From positions 1 to 37,394 of IMG/VR virus record IMGVR_UViG_3300028595_000032: a DNA stretch of 37,394 nt. One strand, written 5' to 3'. Of the stretch, positions 7,996 through 17,257 are shown one piece after another. A program made the translations under genes and the position numbers. Under the pieces are notes generated by a model. That model had not been told where the DNA came from and did not search any database. It worked only from the letters and a program-made list of their open reading frames with translations. Within the stretch, counting starts at the first letter, position 1. Each line of letters opens with the position of its first letter. Origin of the DNA: a virus. Its lineage: Duplodnaviria > Caudoviricetes.

Positions 7996-9108
7996 ATGTT
8001 TATAGATCCAAAAACAGTAAACAGTATCAGAGGCGTAGATATAGTAGAGCTTGTTAGCAGTTATATAGAACTTGATCGTGAGGGGAAAACGTGTTGCCCT
8101 TTTCATACTGAGAATACACCTTCTTTTTCTGTAAACAAGCAGAAAAAAATCTTTAAATGTTTTGGATGCGGTGAGGGCGGGGGTAGTATTGATTTTGTCA
8201 TGAAATATCTACATATTAGCTTTACTGATGCTTGCAAAGTAATTGCTGACAAATTTAATATATATATACCAAACAGACCGCCAAGAAAGCCTTTAAATGT
8301 GCCTATAAACACTGAAAGGGGTGTTATGAAAAGTCCAAGAAAAATAAATGCTCCATCTGAGTTGTGGAGAAGTAAAGCTTTTAAACTAATTGAATACTGT
8401 CATAGAATGATTTATTCTGAAGGAAATGAAAAGGTTATAGCTTATCTCGAAAAGAGGGGGTTTTCAAAGGATGAAATCGATAAGTACCAAATAGGCTATC
8501 ATGAAACAGAAAGGTATAGAACCGGTGTCGAATGGGGGCTAAGTATCGGAATTAAAAAACTGTGGATTCCTAAAGGAATTGTTATTCCAATGGTTGATCC
8601 AGAAAAAAAACACGTCAGATTAAGGATAAGAAGAAGTGTTTTAAGCGAAAAAGATATTAAGTATGCTGTTGTTTCAGGTAGTTCTCAAAGATCGCTTATC
8701 TTAAATGCAGTAGATAGTCGAGTTATATTTATATTTGAGTCAGAATTAGATGCGATGGCATTCAGAAGTAAATTCAATTATTGTACGCTTTCTTTTGGGT
8801 CTTCGGTGTTGATTCCTTGCAAGGAAGCAACAAGCATTATGGACAAATCCATAAAAATTGTTGTTGCTTATGATAACGACAAAGCAGGAAAAAAAGGATA
8901 TGATCTTCTTTTTGATTATATGAAAGGCCGAAAATATAAATATCTGGATCGTTTTACTTATCATCCGACGCCATATCATAAAGATTTTGGTGATGCTTTA
9001 AAGGATAATACCTTTGATGCCAATGAATGGGTTTACAAAGTATTACCAGAAGTTGTCAGGGCGTATCCTATAAAACAAGACTATAGCAATCAACAAAGTT
9101 TAATATAG
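7996..9108 (+). CDS. DnaG-like primase (CHC2 zinc finger + Toprim)
   Basis: CPFHTENTPSF..FKCFGCGEGG; Toprim ESELDA and YDNDKAG; KDFGD. Start placed at ATG 7996 (ORF track starts at 7960). Confidence 0.92.
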   Translation: MFIDPKTVNSIRGVDIVELVSSYIELDREGKTCCPFHTENTPSFSVNKQKKIFKCFGCGEGGGSIDFVMKYLHISFTDACKVIADKFNIYIPNRPPRKPLNVPINTERGVMKSPRKINAPSELWRSKAFKLIEYCHRMIYSEGNEKVIAYLEKRGFSKDEIDKYQIGYHETERYRTGVEWGLSIGIKKLWIPKGIVIPMVDPEKKHVRLRIRRSVLSEKDIKYAVVSGSSQRSLILNAVDSRVIFIFESELDAMAFRSKFNYCTLSFGSSVLIPCKEATSIMDKSIKIVVAYDNDKAGKKGYDLLFDYMKGRKYKYLDRFTYHPTPYHKDFGDALKDNTFDANEWVYKVLPEVVRAYPIKQDYSNQQSLI

Positions 9109-9118
9109 GAAAAACAAG

Positions 9119-9415
9119 ATGAGTCAAAAAGTTGAAATACAATTTATTCTTGATGGTAGTTTTTACAGAAGACGATATTTAGTTAATCATGTATCTATTG
9201 AATATAGTAGTGACTGCCATATTGTTGTAATTTGCAATATTTCAAAGTATCAAAATACTGATCATTCAATTGAATGTTTAAATAATCAAAATACTGATCA
9301 TTCAAATGAATGTTTAAATATAAAAGAGTCATTGAATATGATTAATGCTTTATTATTAGATATTAACAAAGAATTGGATAATATTGGAAAAAAGGGGGTG
9401 AAAAATTATGAATAA
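9119..9415 (+). CDS. Hypothetical protein with an internal 36-bp duplication
   Basis: QNTDHS(I/N)ECLN twice, DNA copies at 9249 and 9285. Confidence 0.6.
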   Translation: MSQKVEIQFILDGSFYRRRYLVNHVSIEYSSDCHIVVICNISKYQNTDHSIECLNNQNTDHSNECLNIKESLNMINALLLDINKELDNIGKKGVKNYE

Positions 9416-9689
9416 AGACCAAAATCAGGAAAAACATATCGCTGAATGGGTAGTGAAGGAAGATGAATACCAGGAAAAAATACACATACCTGTTAACATT
9501 ACCAGATCAAACAATGTTGGTGATCAAGAGTGGTGTTCTATCACCAATTTGAGTAATGGATCTTTCTTTATGGGTCCTTTCAAGGTCATGTCAAAGAAAG
9601 GAACTGATTTCAAAGAATTGTATCTTACTAAATATGTACAAGCTTTGATTGTAGGTTCTGGTGAGTTTAGAATTCGTTTATTCTGTTAA
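9408..9689 (+). CDS. Hypothetical protein
   Basis: Overlapping ORF with AAGGGGGTG RBS. Confidence 0.65.
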   Translation: MNKDQNQEKHIAEWVVKEDEYQEKIHIPVNITRSNNVGDQEWCSITNLSNGSFFMGPFKVMSKKGTDFKELYLTKYVQALIVGSGEFRIRLFC

Positions 9690-9747
9690 AGGTACAATAG
9701 ACCAAGTGTTAAATATTATTTAGCACTTGGTTAATAGGGGTTTTATT

Positions 9748-9912
9748 ATGGATTTTCCTTTATGCAAACATTGTAATAAAAAATTATTTTATATAACTGC
9801 AATATATGAATTAGGAGCAACAAAGACGATACTTACAGAAATTGCCTTTTGTGGGGCTTGTAATCGATGGTATTGCCATAATAAAAATATAGAATATCGG
9901 AGGGTGCTTTGA
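9748..9912 (+). CDS. Small zinc-ribbon protein
   Basis: CKHC and CGAC; ATG 9748 after AGGGG (ORF track starts at 9727). Confidence 0.55.
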   Translation: MDFPLCKHCNKKLFYITAIYELGATKTILTEIAFCGACNRWYCHNKNIEYRRVL

Positions 9913-10412
9913 AGGCTTATCCTTTTGATGAACCTATCAAAATGGTTGATTTTGTGTCGTATGTGACACAAAATTATGACGTCAAAAAATCGAAAATATA
10001 TAATGATAAGAATAATGGTTTGTTACGAGTTAACGAAGGGTTGGTCAGTCCTGATGATGCATTGGTCTATTTAAAAACACTTTCAATCAAAGATAGTGTG
10101 GACACTGGGCCAATCGTGCAAAAAAAATTGTTGCGTCAAATTAAAAAATTAGATGCTGAAATAAGAAGGCTTGAACATGCCAACAAAATAAATGAGCGAC
10201 AATATATAGAAAGAACTCGTGTGGAGAATTATGTTAAATCAAGATTCATGCTAATGCATACACAAGTTAACAGTATCTTGTCTAGCACGGTAAGAGAAAT
10301 AAGAAATGCTTTATCAGAGAGTGAAGCGCAAGATCTAGCCACTCTCAAAGTAGAAAGTGTATTTCGAAATATAGCGATAGAAAAACATTTTGAATTGGTT
10401 TTAGAGGATTAA
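9909..10412 (+). CDS. Probable terminase small subunit (Nu1-like)
   Basis: Immediately before terL; N-terminal HTH-like region followed by coiled coil (KKLDAEIRRLE..YIER..VE). Confidence 0.65.
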   Translation: MKAYPFDEPIKMVDFVSYVTQNYDVKKSKIYNDKNNGLLRVNEGLVSPDDALVYLKTLSIKDSVDTGPIVQKKLLRQIKKLDAEIRRLEHANKINERQYIERTRVENYVKSRFMLMHTQVNSILSSTVREIRNALSESEAQDLATLKVESVFRNIAIEKHFELVLED

Positions 10413-10413
10413 A

Positions 10414-12315
10414 TTGGACTTTATTTTCAAAAAAGTTTTTGTCCCCAAGAGAATACATCAGTTGTATAACTGCCAAGCTGAAAAAGTCAGCTTATCAGAC
10501 AGTGAATGTGAAAGTTTAAAAAAACCTCAATATCAACCACCTTCAAGGTGGGCGGAAACTTCGTACTATTTACCAGAAGGTTACTCCAAAAAACCTGGTT
10601 TTTGGGATAATAAAAGTGCGCCATATCTTTCTAAGTTATTGGATGTTTTGTCATTACCTTTTGTTGAAAAAGGTACTGTTATGGCGGCTGCACAAGTGGG
10701 AAAGTCTGAGCTTGCTAATTTGTTTTCATTGTGGTCTGTCAAACATAAAAGAATCCCTGTTATGTTTGTATTACCTGAATCTGACTTAGAATTAGATCGA
10801 TCTAGGCGAATAAGCCGGCTGTTAAGGGGATCTTCTGTCATGCGGTCAATGTTAACAGACCGTCAAAACGATATATCTGACAGAGAGAAAAAACTTAAAG
10901 ATACATCGATTTATTTTGGTCATGCGACTTCTCCAAGTTCTATAAGTGATAAATCAGTTGGTGTTCTAATCCTTGACGAAGTAGACAAATACCCAAAAAA
11001 TTTAAAAGATCAAGGTTCGCCGGTGGCTTTGGCATTATTGCGAGTGAGTACATATGAAGACGTTAGCACGACTATCTTTATATCTACGCCGACTGTTGAC
11101 ACAGGGGTAATATTTGTCTCTTATATAGAGTCAGATTATATCTTTGAATATTACTGTTGCTGCCCTTCATGCAAAAAATTTCATGTGATGGATTTTGCAA
11201 ATTTAAAGTGGGACTTTATATTAACCAGTAAAAAGAAAAAAAGATTAACTAAAGCATGGTATGAATGCCCTTATTGCCTGGACAAATGGGATAATTTTAA
11301 AAGAGATCTTGCAGTTGAAAACGGCGAATGGTTTGAAATATCATCCAGACAAGACATTGATAGTTTCTTAGCGCATTCAAGAAAGCAAAAAAATAGTCCT
11401 CGTGTATCAGTGGGCTTTAAAATTCCTTCATGGCTGTCAAAGTTGAACAGTTTTGAAAAAATTGTAAAGGCTTGGTTAGATACTGATGAAGGAAAGAACG
11501 AAGAAAAAACACATGCTTTTAAAAATAATCATGAAGCAATGCCAAACCAAAAAATAATTGAAGTTGTCAGTGAAGATTTTATACGAAGATTAAGAGTAGA
11601 CTTTGAAGAAAATATTGTTCCTGATGATACATGTTCATTAATTGGCACTGTTGATACACATCCAAGTCATTTTTGGTATGATATAAGGGCCGTCCAATAT
11701 TCCAATTGTGGCGGTCGATGTATTTCTATCAAAAATGGGATGGTCGCAACTTGGGATTATTTAGAAAAGCTAATGAAGGCTGAGTATAGAGATCGGTTCA
11801 ATGAGACACACAAAATTGAAATGATCGCTCAAGATGCGATGGGTCATAATACCTCAGAAGTTTATCGAAGGTTGCTAAAGTATAAAGGGTGGTGGTTTCC
11901 TTCTAAAGGTGAGGGTGAAAAAGCAGGAATGAACACATTATATCGTTTCAGTAGCATCAATCCCAGGCATTACAAGAGAGGGCAATCTGGCGCCGGAACT
12001 TTAATGCATATTAACGTATTGAAACTGAAAAGTGAGCTTGACACAATATTGAATATTGGTCCTTTGGATGATGGCGCATGGCTTTTTCATCGGTCCACAC
12101 CGGATGATTTTTTAAACCATTATCGTTCTGAGTATTATGACGCCGATGAAAAGCGATATGTTTTGAGAAAGGGAATGCATAATCATTTATATGATTGTGG
12201 GGTCCTTGCCTTGGCAATTATAAACTATTTAAATTTGTATGATAGAAAAAAAGAGACTGATCTTTATGAAACAGATGAAGAAGATTATTTTGAAGAAGAC
12301 ACATACGATTGGTAG
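10414..12315 (+). CDS. terL: Terminase large subunit, lambda GpA family
   Basis: PSRWAE, APYL, Walker A AAQVGKSE, Walker B LILDEVDKYP, ISTPT, CPSC/CPYC zinc motif, NHLYDC nuclease motif. Confidence 0.96.
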   Translation: MDFIFKKVFVPKRIHQLYNCQAEKVSLSDSECESLKKPQYQPPSRWAETSYYLPEGYSKKPGFWDNKSAPYLSKLLDVLSLPFVEKGTVMAAAQVGKSELANLFSLWSVKHKRIPVMFVLPESDLELDRSRRISRLLRGSSVMRSMLTDRQNDISDREKKLKDTSIYFGHATSPSSISDKSVGVLILDEVDKYPKNLKDQGSPVALALLRVSTYEDVSTTIFISTPTVDTGVIFVSYIESDYIFEYYCCCPSCKKFHVMDFANLKWDFILTSKKKKRLTKAWYECPYCLDKWDNFKRDLAVENGEWFEISSRQDIDSFLAHSRKQKNSPRVSVGFKIPSWLSKLNSFEKIVKAWLDTDEGKNEEKTHAFKNNHEAMPNQKIIEVVSEDFIRRLRVDFEENIVPDDTCSLIGTVDTHPSHFWYDIRAVQYSNCGGRCISIKNGMVATWDYLEKLMKAEYRDRFNETHKIEMIAQDAMGHNTSEVYRRLLKYKGWWFPSKGEGEKAGMNTLYRFSSINPRHYKRGQSGAGTLMHINVLKLKSELDTILNIGPLDDGAWLFHRSTPDDFLNHYRSEYYDADEKRYVLRKGMHNHLYDCGVLALAIINYLNLYDRKKETDLYETDEEDYFEEDTYDW

Positions 12316-12329
12316 TAAAAAGGATTATT

Positions 12330-12599
12330 ATGAAGATGGATACATTAATGGATATATTAATAATAAAGAAAAAAAAAATTGAGATTGAAGCATCTCAGAT
12401 CCAATATGTTGCATACAAGACTTTTTGCCCTTTATGTGAAAAGTCGGGGCGAAAGTCCAGGCTAACAGTCACTACAAAAAGAACTTGTGGGGATATAGAA
12501 ATTCGGTTCATGAAATGCTCATGTCCCTATTGCTTTGGGTCTCTTTTTTCTTTTAAAGTTGTTTCAGAAAAAAAACAGCAAGCAAAAAACATACCTTAA
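12330..12599 (+). CDS. Ogr/Delta-like zinc-finger late transcription activator
   Basis: CPLC..T.R..IRFMKCSCPYC..SF pattern; precedes a 200-bp gap and the late operon. Start ATG 12330 (ORF track starts at 12309). Confidence 0.55.
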   Translation: MKMDTLMDILIIKKKKIEIEASQIQYVAYKTFCPLCEKSGRKSRLTVTTKRTCGDIEIRFMKCSCPYCFGSLFSFKVVSEKKQQAKNIP

Positions 12600-12690
12600 A
12601 TAAAAAAGTTGTAATTTCCATCCTTCAAAAATTAAAAAATCTTAAGATTATTTTATTTATTCCTTATAAAATATACGTTTATTTCATAGG

Positions 12691-12715
12691 ATGTTGTAAC
12701 ATTCTATGTTGTAAC
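12691..12715. promoter_or_regulatory. Candidate late-promoter regulator site
   Basis: ATGTTGTAAC-ATTCT-ATGTTGTAAC direct repeat; the first copy is part of the palindrome ATGTT-GT-AACAT. Confidence 0.4.
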
Positions 12716-12802
12716 CGGTCCCCTTGCATATAATTCTTTTGTTATTTATAATCTTATCAATATCAATCATATCATCAATCAATCATATATATTGGGGTTT
12801 TT

Positions 12803-13144
12803 ATGGATTTTATTTTAAACCATTGGGAACTATTCTTACTGATCATAGGTTTTCTTTTTTTTATATCAAAGCCGTTTCTTTCAACAAAAATACCAAAGCC
12901 AGCAATGCGGATCATTGAAAGTCTTGTTTATAAATTTATGCAAGAAGCTGAGGAAAAATATCAATCAGGTAATGATAAAAAGCAATTTGTCAAATCTCAA
13001 CTTGGCGATCTTTCCAATAATAATAGTATTGATGGTTTTAGTCTCAGTAAGTTTTTAGTGTCTGATAAAATAGACGAAATGATTGAAACGCTTCATGAGC
13101 AAAATTTTAAAATAAAAGAGAGGAAAGATGAGTCAACTGATTAA
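12803..13144 (+). CDS. Putative holin (LL-H-like, single TM)
   Basis: N-terminal TM, then LV..AEE...SG.DKK.FV and IDEMIE pattern. Confidence 0.6.
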   Translation: MDFILNHWELFLLIIGFLFFISKPFLSTKIPKPAMRIIESLVYKFMQEAEEKYQSGNDKKQFVKSQLGDLSNNNSIDGFSLSKFLVSDKIDEMIETLHEQNFKIKERKDESTD

Positions 13145-13409
13145 ATTAAGGTTTCCTGGTGATACAAAAGTTGAATTTTCTGTGAAGGGTAAATTCTCAT
13201 TGTCTATTTATGGCAATTTCTCAGGATCGGTCACACTGGAAAGAAGATTGGCTGATGACTTGCCTTTTAACCCTGTTAGCGAATTTAAGGCCGATGAACA
13301 GGTTAATGGTGAGGATTTTGTTGGAAATAAATATAGATTGAAGGTTGCAGACGATACGACCGGCGAATTGAACTGTGATGTCAAACTAGCTTATCATATA
13401 GGGGTTTAG
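13128..13409 (+). CDS. Small beta-rich virion protein (hypothetical)
   Basis: G.FSGSVTLER motif; GAGG RBS; coupled to the LamG gene. Confidence 0.65.
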   Translation: MSQLIKLRFPGDTKVEFSVKGKFSLSIYGNFSGSVTLERRLADDLPFNPVSEFKADEQVNGEDFVGNKYRLKVADDTTGELNCDVKLAYHIGV

Positions 13410-16148
13410 ATGAGTGGCATATTATATCCTGTTATAGGTACGTATACAAAGACTGTCGAGAAAGAAAAGTTAATTGATTCAGATATTGTCTTTACAAATT
13501 CATCTGGTGAGGTCCTTTCTATTGGTGATATTGTCCAAATTGACATGGTGTCTATCTCTTCTGAACTTAACGTTCGCTTTGATCTTGAATTAATTGAAGG
13601 ATCAATAAGTTTTCGTTTTAAATCTGTTAATGGTTCTTTCTATAATGTACCTGTTGCTAGTTTTTCTGAGATAACGATTAATGGTGGACTTTTTAACATT
13701 TGGGGGATTAATTTTAATAAATCTTTTAAGGTTTCCGGTGATATAGAGCTTGTATCAGATAGCTTATCCTTGATTCGAATATCTGAAACATGGAAGCAAG
13801 TAGATGAAGGCAAAACTTTAGTTTATACATTAGCAAATTCTAATTGCGTTAAATTTACTGAGCCTGTGGGCTTGGGTTTAACATTAGCTGATTTCGGTAT
13901 TCGGATTGATCACGACTGGTCCATATGTTTTTATTTAAAGGACAATAGAACGACTAATCACAGAAATATCATTTTAAATGCGGGGGCTTTTACTATTTGT
14001 AGTTTACCTAATTTAAATGGCGGGCAATTAGTTATTGGGACAAACGAAGCATCTACCGGTACATGGTTTTGTGAAACTCCGCGATTTGTAGAAGGTTTAT
14101 TTGTGCTTGTCTATTCTGCGCAAGAAAAAAGGTTGCGTATATATTACAACAATCAATTAAGTCTTAATGAGACTAAAGAGAATTTATCCTGGGATGCTTC
14201 TCAAGAAGTGTTTTTGGCAAAGACAAGATTTCAAGTTTTTTGGGATACACCTTCCGATTTTAACATGGCTGGATTTGGAATATTTCAAAGAGTTTTGTCT
14301 GAAGCAGAAATTCAAGAATATTATCGGCATGTTATACCGGATAATTCTAAAGTGTTCTATCCAATGGCGGAAGGTTTTGAAAATTTATTATACGATGTTA
14401 GTACTTTTCCGGTCTTTTTGTCTAATTCTAATTGTGCTACTTTTGATGGAGAAAATGATCATATATCAGTTGAACCAAATACTGATTTTGAGTTTGGTAT
14501 AGGTGACTTCGCTTTATCATTAAGAATAAACTTTAATAGTATTAAAAGCGGTCGTAATATTTTTTTTGATCAAGCAGGCGTTAACCAAAGGGCTTTGCAG
14601 TTTGAATATAATAGTACACAAATAATTAGACTTGGCTTACCAGAAAATAAGGCTTCTGGCACTTCTTGGGATTATGCAGATTTTGCGTGCACTTTGAGTG
14701 TCGACACTGATTATTATATAGCAGCCTATAGAAAATCAGGAATTACCTATTTATATATTAATGGATCTTTAATTGGAATCAGCAATGGTCTTGATGGTAC
14801 AAACCAAGATACAGGCAGTACAGCACCTATTACCATCGGTGCCTTATTTGTTACCACATCTTCAACTTACTACCATATTGATGGAAAAATTTGGGATGTG
14901 AAAATTACAAAAGGGAAGTTGTCACCGTCAGACGAAACAGCTATACAAAACGGAGACATGCCTTCTTTGAGCAATCTTTCTCTTCATTTACCTCTCTCCG
15001 AGGGTGCAGGTTCAACTGCTTATGATGTTTCTGGGAGCGGTAATCACGGAACAATTAACGCTAATCTATCTACTTTTTGGGGAGCAAGACAAGATAAGTT
15101 TCACTATAATTTGCTAAAAGGGTGTTCTAAAAGAATGTATTTTGATGGCACAGATGATCATATTATGATTAGTGATGCTCAAGGATTCAATATGGCAGGT
15201 ACATCCCCAAAGCCTTTTTCTGTAGTTATGAAAGGGAATCTAACAAAAGATTTTTCTGTAGCTTGCTCTATGTCTTCTTATTCTTCTGGGCGAGCTTGGT
15301 CTATAACGAGCGAAGGGATGAATACTTGGACTACTGACTATAGAAGTCGTAAGAGTGCTTATTTAACAACTAAGGTGACATCTTCAGCAACAGGAAATGA
15401 TATTTTTATAGTAACTTTTACTGGGGATAGGAAAGGAACTGATTCTGCCTATTTAGATGATTTTGGTTTTTATTTAAATGGAACTAGTAATTTGTTAACC
15501 ACTTATGGAAAAAATGACACTTATCCAGACACTGATGTTTTTAACAATTCTGGTTTGAATGTTTATATAGGATCTCAGGAGTCTTCTTTTAATCACAAGC
15601 AACAAGATTTTTGGGAAGTTTTGTTTTATAGTAAAGTCTTAACTTCTGGAGAAATATCAACAATAATGAGTGGTGGGACTGTTTCTAGTTCTTTAGAAGC
15701 TAGTTTTGTAAATACTGGAAATACAAATGCCGACTGGCAAGACCAATCAGGCAACGGCAATGACGGAACGGTAAATGGTTCACCAACTTTAATACGCATT
15801 CCAGCCCTTTCAGACGCCTCAGCAGATGCAGCAGGTGGAACATTAAAAAATCCTGCTTGGGATGGTATAAACAATAATGATTCTGAAACCACACTTGATG
15901 ACCTTTCATCTTTCCATTCAGAACAAGAAATATTTTCTTCTAATACTATAGAAAATAGCTCTATTGAATGGACAAAACAAGATTCATTACATTACAATCT
16001 TATGAATGGATTTCGTAATGAAGACAATGTCAAAATCCCTGCAATCCCAGGGCAAAACAAATCAGCAAATGGAAAACCATTAACAAATCTTGCTTGGGAT
16101 GGAATCAATAACAATGGTTCTGAATCAACTTGGAAGGAGGTTGAATGA
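13410..16148 (+). CDS. Multi-LamG (ConA-like lectin) virion adhesin / receptor-binding candidate
   Basis: FDGENDHI, FDGTDDHI, LYING, GKIWDVKI, LSEAEI and EGAGSTAYDVSGSGNHGT motifs indicate three LamG-like domains. Confidence 0.85.
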   Translation: MSGILYPVIGTYTKTVEKEKLIDSDIVFTNSSGEVLSIGDIVQIDMVSISSELNVRFDLELIEGSISFRFKSVNGSFYNVPVASFSEITINGGLFNIWGINFNKSFKVSGDIELVSDSLSLIRISETWKQVDEGKTLVYTLANSNCVKFTEPVGLGLTLADFGIRIDHDWSICFYLKDNRTTNHRNIILNAGAFTICSLPNLNGGQLVIGTNEASTGTWFCETPRFVEGLFVLVYSAQEKRLRIYYNNQLSLNETKENLSWDASQEVFLAKTRFQVFWDTPSDFNMAGFGIFQRVLSEAEIQEYYRHVIPDNSKVFYPMAEGFENLLYDVSTFPVFLSNSNCATFDGENDHISVEPNTDFEFGIGDFALSLRINFNSIKSGRNIFFDQAGVNQRALQFEYNSTQIIRLGLPENKASGTSWDYADFACTLSVDTDYYIAAYRKSGITYLYINGSLIGISNGLDGTNQDTGSTAPITIGALFVTTSSTYYHIDGKIWDVKITKGKLSPSDETAIQNGDMPSLSNLSLHLPLSEGAGSTAYDVSGSGNHGTINANLSTFWGARQDKFHYNLLKGCSKRMYFDGTDDHIMISDAQGFNMAGTSPKPFSVVMKGNLTKDFSVACSMSSYSSGRAWSITSEGMNTWTTDYRSRKSAYLTTKVTSSATGNDIFIVTFTGDRKGTDSAYLDDFGFYLNGTSNLLTTYGKNDTYPDTDVFNNSGLNVYIGSQESSFNHKQQDFWEVLFYSKVLTSGEISTIMSGGTVSSSLEASFVNTGNTNADWQDQSGNGNDGTVNGSPTLIRIPALSDASADAAGGTLKNPAWDGINNNDSETTLDDLSSFHSEQEIFSSNTIENSSIEWTKQDSLHYNLMNGFRNEDNVKIPAIPGQNKSANGKPLTNLAWDGINNNGSESTWKEVE

Positions 16149-16333
16149 TGATTTTAGATTTAGACAGAGAGCTTGAAACTGCTATTAACGCAAGAAAGAG
16201 AATACTAGAAAAGGGTCAAGCTTCAATCATCGGTACAGGCGATCAAGTGACAAGATCGGATTTAGAAGCATTAAACAGGCAAATACAAAGATTAAGGATG
16301 GAAATACAGATAAGAGACTATCCAATAATATAA
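16145..16333 (+). CDS. gpW-like head-completion protein
   Basis: 62 aa; AI..ILEKGQ..IG...VTRSDL..L..I..L pattern; upstream of the portal. Confidence 0.75.
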   Translation: MMILDLDRELETAINARKRILEKGQASIIGTGDQVTRSDLEALNRQIQRLRMEIQIRDYPII

Positions 16334-16352
16334 TTTAACAAAGGATTAAACT

Positions 16353-16739
16353 ATGTACGAATTTCTATTAGGTGGTGGGGTTTTTGCCCTCTTTTTTCGG
16401 GCACAATTGTTTGCTTTTATTAAAGGTTTTTATGTTTCTGTCATGAATTCGACGAAAGTAAATGGTTACTATATTATGCGTAATCGTGCAACTGATAACG
16501 TTTTTTTTGTTAGCGTCGTTGCCGAGAAGTTGTTTTTTAGTTCGGGTTGCCATGTAGAGCATTTCTTTACAAAGTGGGTCGAAAAAATCTCATGGGGACA
16601 ATACGACGATTATACTTTTATGGCCGTTCCTCCAAGACAACTCGAAGAAATAAAGTCCGGAAATTTGGCGTTTTTTGAAAGACTTGCCAATAAAGACAAG
16701 TTGGCGTTTTCCGATAAAGACAGTTTGGAGTTTGAATAA
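16353..16739 (+). CDS. Hypothetical protein with N-terminal hydrophobic segment
   Basis: AAGGA RBS; TAATG coupling to the endolysin gene. Confidence 0.65.
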   Translation: MYEFLLGGGVFALFFRAQLFAFIKGFYVSVMNSTKVNGYYIMRNRATDNVFFVSVVAEKLFFSSGCHVEHFFTKWVEKISWGQYDDYTFMAVPPRQLEEIKSGNLAFFERLANKDKLAFSDKDSLEFE

Positions 16740-17257
16740 TGATAAGAAAAATATTTTTGATACTTGGTTTGCTTTTATTCCTTTTTTCATGTCAAAGGCC
16801 GATTAACGAAACGCCTTGGATGGAATGTGCTTTGAAGTATAAAGGCAAGGTTTACGAGAGAGAAGGGGGGGCGAACGATCCATTGATCGTCAAAGCTTTA
16901 GTTCTGGCAGGTTTCAAAGCTGAAGATATTGACGACAACAAGATTGGTTGGTGTGCCTCATGGTTAGGCTACATCTTGCATGAGTCAGGAATCACACCAA
17001 CATATAGTGCTTTAGGTAGCTCTTACAGGAACTTTGGCGTTCGTGTCAAAGCTCGCAAAGGGGCGATAGCAATAACAAAAGATGATCATGTGGCTTTTCT
17101 TGTCTCTACAAGGATTCATAAAACAAATAGTGGCGATTGTTACGAATTATTGGGGGGCAATCAGACAGATCGGTTTCAGATTTCTTTGTATAAAATTACA
17201 GATATTGACGAATTTCGAATGCCTACAAAAAAAGACCTGATGGAAAACCATAAATGA
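16739..17257 (+). CDS. TIGR02594-like (CHAP/NlpC-P60 fold) peptidoglycan hydrolase with lipoprotein signal
   Basis: TPWM..A, WCASW, HVAF and LLGGNQ motifs; signal MIRKIFLILGLLLFLFS-C. Confidence 0.82.
   Translation: MIRKIFLILGLLLFLFSCQRPINETPWMECALKYKGKVYEREGGANDPLIVKALVLAGFKAEDIDDNKIGWCASWLGYILHESGITPTYSALGSSYRNFGVRVKARKGAIAITKDDHVAFLVSTRIHKTNSGDCYELLGGNQTDRFQISLYKITDIDEFRMPTKKDLMENHK

Noticed and set aside
12724-12918. 64-aa ORF
   Set aside because: Low-complexity ATC-rich sequence overlapping the better-supported holin in another frame.
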